Shown: one piece after another, positions 1-10,037 of the stretch
How the letters are laid out: each line of letters starts with the position of its first letter
Position numbering within the stretch: position 1 is the first letter of the stretch
Assembly (NCBI GenBank): GCA_965116875.1
Contig: OZ220733.1
Location: 416,001-480,000 of the forward strand
DNA length: 64,000 nt
Direction of reading: 5' to 3'
From: Candidatus Latescibacterota bacterium
GTDB lineage: Bacteria > Latescibacterota > UBA2968 > GCA-2709665
The notes under the pieces: model-generated
The model's database searches: none
What the model saw: only the letters and a program-made list of their open reading frames with translations
What the model was told of the DNA's origin: nothing
Translations under genes and position numbers: made by a program

Positions 1-786
1 ATTGTTGCCCGCCGGGAGGTTCAACTGCGCCAGAAGGGGAGGCCCGCCGTCGCCTCTGAATCCGGCTGTGCCCGTGCCCACCACCGTGGTAATGACGCTG
101 CCGGCATCGATCTTCCTTACCCGCAGGTTGCGTTGATCCAGTACATACAGCGTGTTGTCGGGCGCAAGCACCGTCTGCGAAGGATGGTTCAGAAGCGCGT
201 CCTCCGCGGCTCCGCCGTCGCCGGAAAACCCCGGCGTGTCTCCCAGAAATACCCGTACCCTGCCGCTGACCGGATCGAAAATCCGCAGCTTGTGGTTTCG
301 CCAGGCCGTGAGCAGATAGGCCCCGCCCGACAGCTGGACGAGATGCGTGGGATGGCTCAGATTGACGGACCTTCCGGACGCGCCCGGTGGGATACGCTCG
401 GACTGCGCGTCGGATCCGTCGCCCATGAACCCGCTTCCGATTGCCGTCTCCAGCGTGCTGTCGCCTATGGCCGCACGGCGCACACGATGGTTGGCCCAAT
501 CCAGAACGTAAACCCGGCCCTCATGCGTAACCATGACATCCACGGGCCAGTAAAACGTCGACAGCAGCAATACGTTCCCGTCGCCGTCCCAACCTGCATC
601 CCCGGTACCCGCCCAGGTGCAGATCGTCCCCGGCGTATCTGAACAAAGCGAAGGCGGTGCAACCGGTTCCTCGTCGTCGTCGGACTCGATCGGGTTGTCG
701 TCACCGCACGCCGTAAGAAAACATGCAAGCAATCCGAAGACAAACCATATACTGCACCGCCACAAACTATCGATACCATACCGCAT
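1..786 (-). CDS. NHL-repeat (beta-propeller) lipoprotein, 3' end truncated by window edge
   Basis: Absent from the ORF track because it has no stop in the window. Manual translation from ATG 786 (RBS GAGGGG): MRYGIDSLWRCSIWFVFGLLACFLTAC-GDDN (lipobox), followed by NHL-type repeats (WAGTGDAGWDGDG, YVLDWANHRVR, GFSGDGGAA..LNHP, YVLDQRNLRVRKID, VVGTGTAGFRGDGG). Confidence 0.8.
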   Translation of the reverse strand, partial: MRYGIDSLWRCSIWFVFGLLACFLTACGDDNPIESDDDEEPVAPPSLCSDTPGTICTWAGTGDAGWDGDGNVLLLSTFYWPVDVMVTHEGRVYVLDWANHRVRRAAIGDSTLETAIGSGFMGDGSDAQSERIPPGASGRSVNLSHPTHLVQLSGGAYLLTAWRNHKLRIFDPVSGRVRVFLGDTPGFSGDGGAAEDALLNHPSQTVLAPDNTLYVLDQRNLRVRKIDAGSVITTVVGTGTAGFRGDGGPPLLAQLNLPAGNN

Positions 787-874
787 CTACGCTTCCCCTC
801 ACGCCTGGTCCCGTTCGACCGGCCTGCCGGTTCCTCCCTTTACCGACGTCGACTGCCGCCACACGTCAGGATCC

Positions 875-2017
875 TCAGAAATCACTCGCACAGCGGAAAC
901 CGATCTGTTCGTCCGTGGCGAACGGCGCATCGAACCACCGGGTGGTCGTGTCGGCGAGGTCCCGAAATTTCCATGAACCGCCCCGCATGACGCGATTCAG
1001 CCCGATTTCAGGCCCTTTTGGATTCTCTTTTGGCGTGTCGTTATAGTAATCCGGGTTGAACCAGTCTTCGCACCACTCCCAGGCATTGCCGGACATATCG
1101 TGCGCCCCGTATGGGCTTGCGCCCTTCGGATGGCTGCCGACGTCCACCGTACGGCCCACAAGATCGGCGATATTCGCGTGTTCGGGGGTGGGCGTGGCCG
1201 TACCCCAGGGGTAGGGCCGCTTGTCCGTCCCTCGCGCCGCCTTTTCCCACTCCGCTTCCGTGGGCAGGCGCATACCGGCCCATTCGCAGTACGCCTTTGC
1301 GCCGTACCAGGTCACATTCGTCACGGCCCTGTTGGCGAGGTAGAATGCCTTCAGCACGTACTCATCCTTGATGGTCCGCCCCAACTCCTCGCTTTCCTCG
1401 TCTTCATCCCCTTCGCGTCCCGCCAGAACGTCTATCGATATCCGGATGTCGGCCCTTCTCGATTCCAGATTGTAGAGCACGTTGTCATCCGGGTCCCGGT
1501 TGCGATTCACCGCATTCTCGTATGCGATATCTTCGTCCGTCTGCCAGGGCGCCGTGCGACCGACCGTTTTGGTATTCCGGTTCCTGTCGTTCAGGAACGC
1601 GATAAACTGGCCATTGTTTACCTCGTATTTGTCTATCTTGAACGCGTCCAGGTAGACGACGTGCTCAGGCCCGTCCGGCGGCAACCCACCCCGGTCGGTC
1701 CCCATCGTGAAATCGCCGGCCGGCACATCGAGTAGCTCGTGCTTCAGTATCGGTACCACCGGAAATTCGACCACGATCTGCCCGAAGAAGGATGCGAAAA
1801 TCAAAAAGTCGGGCAGGTCCACCGCGCGACTGCCGTCCAGATCGTATATCGGGTCGTCGGACTGATACGCCCGTGCAAACAGGACAAAATCGGTCAGATC
1901 AATGCTTCCATTGCCGTCGAAGTCCACGTCTTCAATGGTGACCCTTTCCGCCCACGCACGCGCCGGGCCAAATGCGAGGATGAAAAAGAGTGAAAAATAG
2001 AATAATACACGCGGCAT
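875..2017 (-). CDS. Secreted FGE-sulfatase/SUMF1-fold protein with N-terminal paired EF-hand/dockerin-like module
   Basis: Signal peptide; DFDGNGSIDLTDF..F and DLDGSRAVDLPDF..F repeats; FGE motifs F.MG, RLPTEAEWEKAARG, YPWG, DMSGNAWEW, RGGSW, GFRCA. Confidence 0.85.
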   Translation of the reverse strand: MPRVLFYFSLFFILAFGPARAWAERVTIEDVDFDGNGSIDLTDFVLFARAYQSDDPIYDLDGSRAVDLPDFLIFASFFGQIVVEFPVVPILKHELLDVPAGDFTMGTDRGGLPPDGPEHVVYLDAFKIDKYEVNNGQFIAFLNDRNRNTKTVGRTAPWQTDEDIAYENAVNRNRDPDDNVLYNLESRRADIRISIDVLAGREGDEDEESEELGRTIKDEYVLKAFYLANRAVTNVTWYGAKAYCEWAGMRLPTEAEWEKAARGTDKRPYPWGTATPTPEHANIADLVGRTVDVGSHPKGASPYGAHDMSGNAWEWCEDWFNPDYYNDTPKENPKGPEIGLNRVMRGGSWKFRDLADTTTRWFDAPFATDEQIGFRCASDF

Positions 2018-2074
2018 GTGCCCATTCTCCTTCACCGGCGTCTTTCCCCATTTCGTCCGTCTCCTGGCGACGGG

Positions 2075-5000
2075 TTATTTCTGCACGACAAACGTGGTTT
2101 CCTTCGCGAAGGATTTTCCACTGTTTAGATCCGTTACCGTTACGTTGAGGTAGTGCCGTCCCGATCGCGCCTCGCCGAGTTCCAGTTCCGTATAGGCCAC
2201 TTCAGACTCCTGCACGCCAAGTTGTTCATATCCGATCGCCACACCCTGCTTATTCGACCTCCCCGTAAGCGTCTGTGCCAGCCTCGACAGCACGCCTCCC
2301 GCCTTCGGACCCATCGTGTATTCGACCCGGTACTGGGTCTGGCCGAACTCATCCCGCTTCAAGTTGTAAATCTCGTAATAGACAAACACATTCTGGCCGG
2401 TCCCGAAGGTTCGAGACGGCATTGGAATCACGTTCAGCCCGTTTTTCCCGAATTTTCCAGGATCGGTGTCGGCCTCACTGACTCTGAACGCCAACTCCAG
2501 GTCGCTCACACGGAGTCCTTCTCTATGATAGGACTCCACGACCACCTGCTGCCGGTATATCCCAAGCCGACCCGTCATTCGATCGCGAGCCTTGACTTCC
2601 AACCTGTAGACGCCGGGTGGCACTTCAAGCCTGACCACGTCCGGGAAGACCACGTCCGGGCCCGTTCGATTGCCCGCCTTCTTGTAAAACATCTCGCCAG
2701 TCTTCCGGTAGACCTTTTCCGAATTGGGCGAGAGCAGCGCCAGTTGTCGGCGGACTGCCACCTGCGTGACGTTATGTTCGGGCAGGTAGTTGGTCGAGGC
2801 ACACGGAATGCCATAGTAGATCTCCAAAGCGCTCCTGCCGTCCGGCCCTTTGAAGTCGGCCAATGTATAGTAGAAGTCGAAAGGCGCTTCAGCGTATTCC
2901 GGCGTGAAGGTATCCGGAGTCAGGGCAACGGCTTGCTTGAATACCTGTTCGGGCGAGAAACGTCGGAACTTTGAGACCTGCTCGATACCCAAATCAGGCG
3001 CATCCGGCACCGGTGCAAAATCAAACACCTGCGAGTTGAACTCGTCCGTAAACGTGATCTCTATTCCACCGTCGATATTGAGGTAGATCCACGACTCCCA
3101 CGGCGTGGACCCGTGGTCGGCCCCCGCGCTCAGAACCGGACTGAAACCCGATCCCGCGAAAATGTCCGTGTTGATGCTGGACGGGAGGGGCCCTGAAACC
3201 GTGCTTGCGAGTTCACTTTGTCCGATATCTCCACCCTCGCCGATCGTTCCGGCGGTGCTGGGACGATCCGTATCGTTACGGTCAGTCGACGAGCCCCCGT
3301 CCCGGTTTCCCCCGTCAGTTGTCATCTGCCTCAGATTCGAATCGGAACCATCCGGGTCTCCGCCCGTGAACGCGTCGCGCTCGCCCTCGATGCCCAGATC
3401 GCCTCCGGCGCTTTCAAATCCGAGAATATCCCGCTCCAGAGCAAAATTGCGGAGGGGAAAGACGGGACCCATAAAAGACGCGCCGATCGCCTCCGTACCG
3501 TAAAGCTGTCTGGCAAGTCGCTCCTTCACACGCAGCACGGGCAGGGGGTGCCGGAAATTCACGTTCCGGGAGCTCGTTACATGGTCGGGATCCCCGAACC
3601 GAATGTACACCTCACCACGACGGTCCCAGGGTTTCTCGCCGTTGGAGAACTCCAGACTGGCGTACCAAACGCGACGGTAGTGTTCCAGCAGCCTTTCATT
3701 CACGGACGTCCCGATATCCGGATCGCGCACGTTCCAGAACCGTTCCAGAAACGCCGTCCTCACCTCACCCGACGCCTGTTCATACTCGGCAGACTCCTCG
3801 GGTGACGCGATCAGTCCGATGTCATCATAAAGCGCACGCTGCTCCGGTTTCAGTCGCGAGATGTACGTTGAGAAAAACCCCATCGCCATATCGTATTTGT
3901 TGCGCTTGGCGCAGGCCTGCGCGACGATCGGCATCAGTTCGATCGCATCGGGGTACTCGTCTGTAAACGCCCGGACTTTCTCCAGAATCCGGTCGTAGTC
4001 CTTCACTTTCAGGTACGCGTGGCCCAGCCGCCTCCCCACTTTCCGGTCCGCCGGCCTCATCGCCAGATACCGGGTGTACCAGACAATGGCCTCTTCGTAA
4101 TCCTCCATAAAGTTCGCGTACCAATCTCCCATCAACAGATAGGCGTCGGCGTACTCCGGATCCGTCTTCAGCACCCGGTCCAACTCCGGCTTCACGTCGT
4201 GCTCGTTGAGCATATATCTTACGAGTGCGATCTTGTACTGGGCATCGACGTAGTCCCGATCGCGCATCAGGGCTTTTCTGAAATAGGTGATGGCCTGGTA
4301 GCGCTCGTTGTGGAGTTCCATCAACACGAGGCCCAGACCGTAGTAGGGTTCGGGGTCGTTGCCTGGAAGCGCCGCTGCCTTTCGGAACGCCCATTTCGCG
4401 CCCCGGTAGTATTTGTCCTCCAGAAACGCATATCCCAGTTTCAGATGCGCGTCCTTATTTCGCGGGCGCTGGTGGGCAACGACGCGCAGCGGAAAAATCG
4501 CCTCATCCACTTCGTTTCCGTTGAGCCGCGCCACGCCCAGATCAAAGAGTGAATCGACACTTGCGCGCGGCACATTCTGCGCCTCCACCGCGTATCCGCC
4601 GGGGCCTCCCAGCAGATATTGCACCCGCCCCCGGTGCCAGTAACAGGTCAACACAGGGCGGCCGGCGTGAACGGCAGGCCGGAAAAAGTATCCGATTTCA
4701 GGCATATGGGGTTCGTCGGTTGCGGGACATTGGAAAAGATGCCTGAGCTGCGCCAGATCCCGCGCTCTCGAGGACGCGTCCAACCGCCGCTCCTTCAGTT
4801 CATCGGACGCCCATGACAAGAGCCCGCTCAAGCCAGCCGTTGTTTCACTGGCGCGCGCCGAATTAAACTCTGAAATCAGGTCGCCGACAACGAGCATGCG
4901 TTCGGAGCATACGGCTTCCTTCAGCGCCTCGTCGTTTTTGATACGGCGTCGAATCGCATCGATGTAGCCCTGGCAGCTTCCCCGGGACAGACCCAGGGAA

Positions 5001-5824
5001 GCATACGTTTTTCGTATTTCCTTGAAACCACTGACCGATTCGCGGTAGGCATCCCTGGCGCTGCGATACTCCTCCCGGTGCATGGCGTGATGACCCCTGA
5101 CCCACCAGTTCAGCGCCTGATGAACCATGAGCATCGCGGCGTCTATCTTCGTTTCCTGCGCTGGATGGAAAGGCCTGCCACCGGATTTATCGCTCGAACT
5201 TCGCCACGGCGGAACGACGGCGCCGTCCATTCCGACATATGACAATTCACCGTCCACAACAGCCGCAACGGCGCCTGCGGCTTGAGACCACTCCATGGGA
5301 CCCCGCACGTGTCCGCGCACAAGCAGCCGGGCGCGCCCCATTGCATCGACGAGCCACAACCCCTCACGGTCCGTTACGGCCAGTTGACTTCCGTCCGGCG
5401 CAACCGCCAGATCGATCGGGTCCATTTCGTCGGGCAACTGCCAGAGGGTCTCCCCGGAAGCGTCAATTCGCCAGATCCGATTGCGCGCCAGCGGGAGGCG
5501 ACGCTGTCTGCGGGAATCGGACGTGAGTCTGCCCAGCGGCGTCGTGCCGAACGCAACGTGGTCCAGCGCCCGCTCCAGGTATACCAGCCCACCTCCTGGC
5601 AGGAAACCCACGTCTCCCGGGGGGCCCAGGTAGATCCCCGTCCTGGTGGGCATCGTCCCGTCGTTTTGCCCCACCCAGACCTGGGTTAACAGGACCATTG
5701 GCTTACCCGACGGGATGAGCCAGACGGCCCGCTCGCCATCCGCCGAATAAACCGTGGGCGGGACGGCAGAGGCCCCGGTTGAAAGACCCAGAACGGCCGC
5801 AGCGATGGTGAAGAATCTCAACAA
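2075..5824 (-). CDS. Secreted TPR + GWxTD-domain protein (1249 aa)
   Basis: TTG start with GGAGGAG RBS; signal peptide; TPR run; FW..RDPD..T..NER..EHYRRV and WDRRGEVYIRFGDPD (GWxTD variant); C-terminal Ig-like beta-sandwich segments. Confidence 0.8.
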   Translation of the reverse strand: MLRFFTIAAAVLGLSTGASAVPPTVYSADGERAVWLIPSGKPMVLLTQVWVGQNDGTMPTRTGIYLGPPGDVGFLPGGGLVYLERALDHVAFGTTPLGRLTSDSRRQRRLPLARNRIWRIDASGETLWQLPDEMDPIDLAVAPDGSQLAVTDREGLWLVDAMGRARLLVRGHVRGPMEWSQAAGAVAAVVDGELSYVGMDGAVVPPWRSSSDKSGGRPFHPAQETKIDAAMLMVHQALNWWVRGHHAMHREEYRSARDAYRESVSGFKEIRKTYASLGLSRGSCQGYIDAIRRRIKNDEALKEAVCSERMLVVGDLISEFNSARASETTAGLSGLLSWASDELKERRLDASSRARDLAQLRHLFQCPATDEPHMPEIGYFFRPAVHAGRPVLTCYWHRGRVQYLLGGPGGYAVEAQNVPRASVDSLFDLGVARLNGNEVDEAIFPLRVVAHQRPRNKDAHLKLGYAFLEDKYYRGAKWAFRKAAALPGNDPEPYYGLGLVLMELHNERYQAITYFRKALMRDRDYVDAQYKIALVRYMLNEHDVKPELDRVLKTDPEYADAYLLMGDWYANFMEDYEEAIVWYTRYLAMRPADRKVGRRLGHAYLKVKDYDRILEKVRAFTDEYPDAIELMPIVAQACAKRNKYDMAMGFFSTYISRLKPEQRALYDDIGLIASPEESAEYEQASGEVRTAFLERFWNVRDPDIGTSVNERLLEHYRRVWYASLEFSNGEKPWDRRGEVYIRFGDPDHVTSSRNVNFRHPLPVLRVKERLARQLYGTEAIGASFMGPVFPLRNFALERDILGFESAGGDLGIEGERDAFTGGDPDGSDSNLRQMTTDGGNRDGGSSTDRNDTDRPSTAGTIGEGGDIGQSELASTVSGPLPSSINTDIFAGSGFSPVLSAGADHGSTPWESWIYLNIDGGIEITFTDEFNSQVFDFAPVPDAPDLGIEQVSKFRRFSPEQVFKQAVALTPDTFTPEYAEAPFDFYYTLADFKGPDGRSALEIYYGIPCASTNYLPEHNVTQVAVRRQLALLSPNSEKVYRKTGEMFYKKAGNRTGPDVVFPDVVRLEVPPGVYRLEVKARDRMTGRLGIYRQQVVVESYHREGLRVSDLELAFRVSEADTDPGKFGKNGLNVIPMPSRTFGTGQNVFVYYEIYNLKRDEFGQTQYRVEYTMGPKAGGVLSRLAQTLTGRSNKQGVAIGYEQLGVQESEVAYTELELGEARSGRHYLNVTVTDLNSGKSFAKETTFVVQK

Positions 5825-5901
5825 ACGCTCCTCCAGAACTTACATACGGACGCGCGTCGATTCGAGTTGCGGTGAAAGAGAATACCTATAAGATAAGTAC
5901 G

Positions 5902-7128
5902 TTACCCCCTGTCGAACAACCCTTCTATTGCGATCGCTTCCAACGCCTCGCCCATCGCGCCGACGGCCTGGTCGATATCCGCCTCCGTGTGCGAGTAATT
6001 GGTATAGCAGACCGAATAGACGATGATCCCACGCTTGAGAACTTCCTCGTTGAACCTGAGAAACAGCCGGGCCGCATCGGGGTGATCGAATACCAACTGC
6101 CCGACGGGGGGTGCTCCCACGAAGCGCGCAGGAAGGCCCAACCCTTCGCTGTACGCATTGAAACCTTCGTGAAGCTGTTCACCGCGTTTCCACAGCGTGC
6201 CGATCACGTCCTCCCGTTCATACACGTCCAGTACGGCCCGCGCCGCGGCAAGACCCAGCGTGTCACCTCCGAAGGTGGACGACACGACGCAGTCCTTCAC
6301 CCTTTCCATCACCTCTGCATTCCCCACAAAGCACGAGAGAGGCACGCCGTTCGAAAGTCCCTTGGCAAACACCGCCAGATCCGGGACCACCCCGAAATAC
6401 TCCTGTGCGCCGGCACGCCGCAGCCGGAACCCCGTTACGATCTCATCGAAAATGAGGACGGCGCCGTGTTGCTCCGTCAACGACCGCAGTTCCCTTAGAA
6501 AAGTACGCCCGCGTTCAACTTCCGCATAGGCGCATGCCACGCTTACGGCCGCAATCTCACCGGGTGCCGCTTTGAACGCCTCGTTATACGGCCCAATGTT
6601 GCCCCACGGCATCGTGGCGTAGGTGTTGCGCGTCGCCTCCGGCACCCCTCCCCGAGCCATCGTGTTGACCCACCCGTGATACCCGCAGGTCAGGATGAGC
6701 TCCCGCTCCGTAAACGCCCTTGAAAGCCGGTGTGCGGCCGCCATGGCTTCGCCGCCCGTCTTCAGGAATCGGACCCGTTCCGCGCAGGGGAGCACCTTCA
6801 CCAGCCGCTGAGCGACCTCGACTTCAAGCGGGTGCGGATAACTGAACACGATACCGCTATCCAGTTGTTGCCTCACGGCATTATCCACCGCCGGAAAACG
6901 GTACCCCAGGGTGATGGGGCCAAGCCCGTTTCTGAAATCTATATATTCGTTGCCGTCGGCATCCCAAACCCGGCAGCCGTCGCCTCGAACCAGGTAGCAC
7001 GGCTCCACCCCCCGCAACGCCTCTCTCGGGGCCTTGGAATGGGTCTGCGTGCCGAGGGGGATCACTTCCTGCGCCAGGTCGTACAGCTCCCACGAACGGT
7101 CAACCGAACGCCCAACCGCCGTTTCCAT
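5902..7128 (-). CDS. PLP-dependent class III aminotransferase (GSA-aminomutase-like)
   Basis: G..VWDADGNEYID, LGPITLG, FLKTGGEA, DEIVTGFR, FAKGLSNG (PLP lysine). Confidence 0.85.
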   Translation of the reverse strand: METAVGRSVDRSWELYDLAQEVIPLGTQTHSKAPREALRGVEPCYLVRGDGCRVWDADGNEYIDFRNGLGPITLGYRFPAVDNAVRQQLDSGIVFSYPHPLEVEVAQRLVKVLPCAERVRFLKTGGEAMAAAHRLSRAFTERELILTCGYHGWVNTMARGGVPEATRNTYATMPWGNIGPYNEAFKAAPGEIAAVSVACAYAEVERGRTFLRELRSLTEQHGAVLIFDEIVTGFRLRRAGAQEYFGVVPDLAVFAKGLSNGVPLSCFVGNAEVMERVKDCVVSSTFGGDTLGLAAARAVLDVYEREDVIGTLWKRGEQLHEGFNAYSEGLGLPARFVGAPPVGQLVFDHPDAARLFLRFNEEVLKRGIIVYSVCYTNYSHTEADIDQAVGAMGEALEAIAIEGLFDRG

Positions 7129-7196
7129 GGTTACCCTCCCTGAAAAATCCACATCCAAGCCACCAACGGATCCCAATTCGAAAAAAGACTACCGTT

Positions 7197-7230
7197 AAAT
7201 TAACCACAAAAAGCACAAAAGGCACAGAAG
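7197..7230. repeat. Single arm of a short periodic AACCACAAAAAGCACAAAAGGCACAGAAG repeat element
   Basis: Roughly 9-nt periodic motif seen directly. It resembles the intergenic repeats that often flank GxxExxY genes; no partner arm or GxxExxY gene is nearby. Confidence 0.35.
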
Positions 7231-7427
7231 GTACCGGTCCGAAACGCGGTATCGAGGTCGTTCATAGCGACGATATTTCCGCTCACGTCCAGCGACGTCA
7301 AATATCCGGGTACTTTGACGTCAATTCGCCTTTGTTCTTCTGTATATATGCGACATTCAGATCCCTGAAAAATCCCGAATCGACGTGAAAGTAATCCGGG
7401 TCCGCCGTTGTACCCGCGCACGGAGGG

Positions 7428-9395
7428 TCAATACCCGTGAATTGAATGCCCGCCCCCCGGGAACCAGATGATGTCCACAATCAACGAAACTCCCACGCCA
7501 GAGGAATAACCAACGAGTACACCCAGGAAGAACGGCACGTAACGCCGGTAGAGCGCCGCCCCGCCGATTCGCAGGATGAGAAATTTGATGGCCCAGGCCA
7601 GAAAGACCGAAAACACGGTATAACGCACAGACGTTCCCGTTCCGGCAAGCGCGAAGCCAACGGGGTGGAAGGGCCACCACGGAAACCTGTACTTCAGAAA
7701 TGTCAACAGCGACATGACCGCGGCGCCGATGCCGAACAGGCTCAGCTGCAACCGGTGAGGCGGCTCCGGATTGTTCATCTGCGTCAATACGCCGGCAAAG
7801 CCTGACTTGCTGTAGCGGGCGAAGGGATAGTCATTGAAATTGAAAGCGCCGTACGTATAACCCAGGTATAACGTGAAGAGGATCGAGAAAACGCACCCCA
7901 CTCCGAAAGCCGTCAACAACGCGGCAAGCACACGCCGCCGCCCGTCTCGGGGGCAGATGTCCGCCAGTTTGGCCCCGTGGATGACTGACGGCATGAACAG
8001 GCCCTTGCCGTAGGACGCGATGCCGTTCGTGAATCCGAGCGTCGTCAGACTGGATCCCGACAGATTCCGCGACCCGAACAGGGACGTGACAAACCGCTGC
8101 GGCCCCACGGGCATGCTGATGAAGACCAGACCGACGTCGGATACGATGCGCGAAACGCCCAGATAGAGGATAAACGCGGCCAGAACAAACGCGAACGCCA
8201 GGACAAAACTCATTCCGGCCTGCCACCACCAGAAGACAGCGAACAGAACGCACACAATCAGCCCGAATACCGCCGTCCGGAACGACATCATCTCATCTTT
8301 GTCATCCAGGGGCGCGTCCCTCCCCAGCGCCTTCAAGAGGACCAGTTTCAGGTGGTTCCGTGACGTCCAGAACCCCCATCCCACCATCGCAAAAAAGGCG
8401 CCCAGGGGCACCCACTGGAAATCGGCGGAGGCGTGGGACCACGAACTAGCGTTAATTCCCAGCCGGTTCAGAATCCCGCTGCGAACGATGAACAGAAGAT
8501 CGAAGAACCAGAGACTGAATAACACGTCTATATTGGCGAAATAGCAGAAGGAAATCGTAAACATATTGATCCGCGTCCACAGCCCCGGGAAATACCGTTC
8601 GAATTTGATCCAGGGGCCCCATCGGATATTCGGAATCTGTGGAAATCCGGGAACGAAATAGTTGATCATGTTCCAGGCCAGAATGCCGAACGCGACTGCG
8701 AATCCAATCCAGAAAAGCCGCGGGAAATCCGACGTCTCGGCCCGTTCGGTTAGGTCTGTAACGGGGCGCAAGATAGGAAACGAAATGCGTTCGCTTTCCA
8801 TCCACTGTTTTCGCAGAATTACCGCGAGGCAGACCGAACCGAAAAACAGGGCGGTAATCAGGCCCATCCAGCAAACCACCGGTACCAACCAGACGTTCCA
8901 GGGAATGGCGTCGCCGGGCGGCAGTCCTTCGAACAGGTGATTCAACGTGCCGTTCGTATTTCTCGGCGCCAGCCAATGCGGGATATTCGGATGGAAGAAC
9001 TCTCCCCACTGATTCTCCGGCGTCGCAAAGTAGAACGGCGCCGCAATGGCCCCCAGGAAATAACCCGTCAGCCCGACCGACGGTATCGACCCTCCGACGA
9101 GACCGCCCGCGAGCACAACCAGCAGTTCCGTCGAGGATAGCGCAAACCGACTTGCGAGCAACCGGCACAGCGGATTCAGTCCCAGCGCCAGCACGAGGTA
9201 GAGCAGCAGAGTGCCCATCGGAAAGTGACTCAACGTCATTCTCGACGCGTGGACCACGTACTCCACGTAGTTCACCAGGAGGTTCACTCCGACCGCCAAC
9301 ACCCCGGCCAGGAGAACGCTGCGCAGCGTCACCGTCTGCCTGTGAAGTCCACCCTCAACGTCGGCCGATACTGCGACCGCTGAACCTTCTGCCAT
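7428..9395 (-). CDS. Polytopic membrane protein, DUF6785/DUF6784-like (distant OPT-like transporter)
   Basis: About 16 hydrophobic segments; ATPENQW, RKQW.ESERISFP and C-terminal RFPWWPFHPVGF...KFLILRIGG..LYRRYVPFFLG motifs. Confidence 0.7.
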   Translation of the reverse strand: MAEGSAVAVSADVEGGLHRQTVTLRSVLLAGVLAVGVNLLVNYVEYVVHASRMTLSHFPMGTLLLYLVLALGLNPLCRLLASRFALSSTELLVVLAGGLVGGSIPSVGLTGYFLGAIAAPFYFATPENQWGEFFHPNIPHWLAPRNTNGTLNHLFEGLPPGDAIPWNVWLVPVVCWMGLITALFFGSVCLAVILRKQWMESERISFPILRPVTDLTERAETSDFPRLFWIGFAVAFGILAWNMINYFVPGFPQIPNIRWGPWIKFERYFPGLWTRINMFTISFCYFANIDVLFSLWFFDLLFIVRSGILNRLGINASSWSHASADFQWVPLGAFFAMVGWGFWTSRNHLKLVLLKALGRDAPLDDKDEMMSFRTAVFGLIVCVLFAVFWWWQAGMSFVLAFAFVLAAFILYLGVSRIVSDVGLVFISMPVGPQRFVTSLFGSRNLSGSSLTTLGFTNGIASYGKGLFMPSVIHGAKLADICPRDGRRRVLAALLTAFGVGCVFSILFTLYLGYTYGAFNFNDYPFARYSKSGFAGVLTQMNNPEPPHRLQLSLFGIGAAVMSLLTFLKYRFPWWPFHPVGFALAGTGTSVRYTVFSVFLAWAIKFLILRIGGAALYRRYVPFFLGVLVGYSSGVGVSLIVDIIWFPGGGHSIHGY

Positions 9396-9520
9396 ATTAC
9401 CTTTCCTGCGTCGTCCGACACCTCAGACAGCGAGGCGGCGGAATGACCGTAGACCCGGTACCGATGCAATCGATATTTGTGATTACCGCGACCAGCCTGC
9501 AGAATACACCTGGACAATGC

Positions 9521-9549
9521 AATATACAAAACGAACGTAACAAACACAA
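9521..9549 (-). promoter_or_regulatory. Putative sigma70 promoter for the DUF6785-like gene
   Basis: TTGTGT-N17-TATATT on the minus strand. Confidence 0.35.
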
Positions 9550-9665
9550 AAAACGGGCCCCAACGACCAGGCCCGAAGTGCATTATTTGGAAATCGCATT
9601 TGAATCCTTCACGGGATTGGCTGTCCCATTGGGAACGCGGATTTGCTTTGGAACTGACTTACTGT

Positions 9666-10037
9666 TCACGGCAGTGCCTTTATTCCTACTCTGCCGCCGT
9701 CGATAACCTGCACCGTCAACTCATAGCCGTCCAGCAAAGACATACCAATCAGTGGGTCACTTTCCACACAGTCCACAGCGATACGTCGCGGCTTGCCGTC
9801 CCATATAACAGTTGCTTCGTAAACGTCGAAAAGCACCTCACTTCCGTCCGCCAGCATGGCCCTGCTTCGCCTGCGCCAGCGAAGTCGAAGTTTTGCGATC
9901 AGAGAAGCAGGCAGGGTCAACCAGCCATCGAACCCCGTATCAATCACCGCCTCGACCTCTTGAGCCTGTTTCTCAAGGCCTCGCACCGTTACGGAAATTA
10001 CGGCCTCCCGGTAGGCGGTAACGATACCGGCTATCAC
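9666..10037 (-). CDS. Clan AA (retropepsin-like) aspartic protease, AF_0612-like
   Basis: AVIDTGFDGWLTLP catalytic DTG, LADG flap, LIGMSLL. The GTG start overlaps the upstream TGA (GTGA). Confidence 0.85.
   Translation of the reverse strand: MIAGIVTAYREAVISVTVRGLEKQAQEVEAVIDTGFDGWLTLPASLIAKLRLRWRRRSRAMLADGSEVLFDVYEATVIWDGKPRRIAVDCVESDPLIGMSLLDGYELTVQVIDGGRVGIKALP

Noticed and set aside
875-1000. FGE/CLec C-terminus as a diversity-generating retroelement target
   Set aside because: No template-repeat copy, reverse transcriptase or Avd gene was seen in the window.
5902-7128. Calling the class III aminotransferase hemL
   Set aside because: It lacks the PGGVNSPVR N-terminal signature and has no tetrapyrrole gene context.
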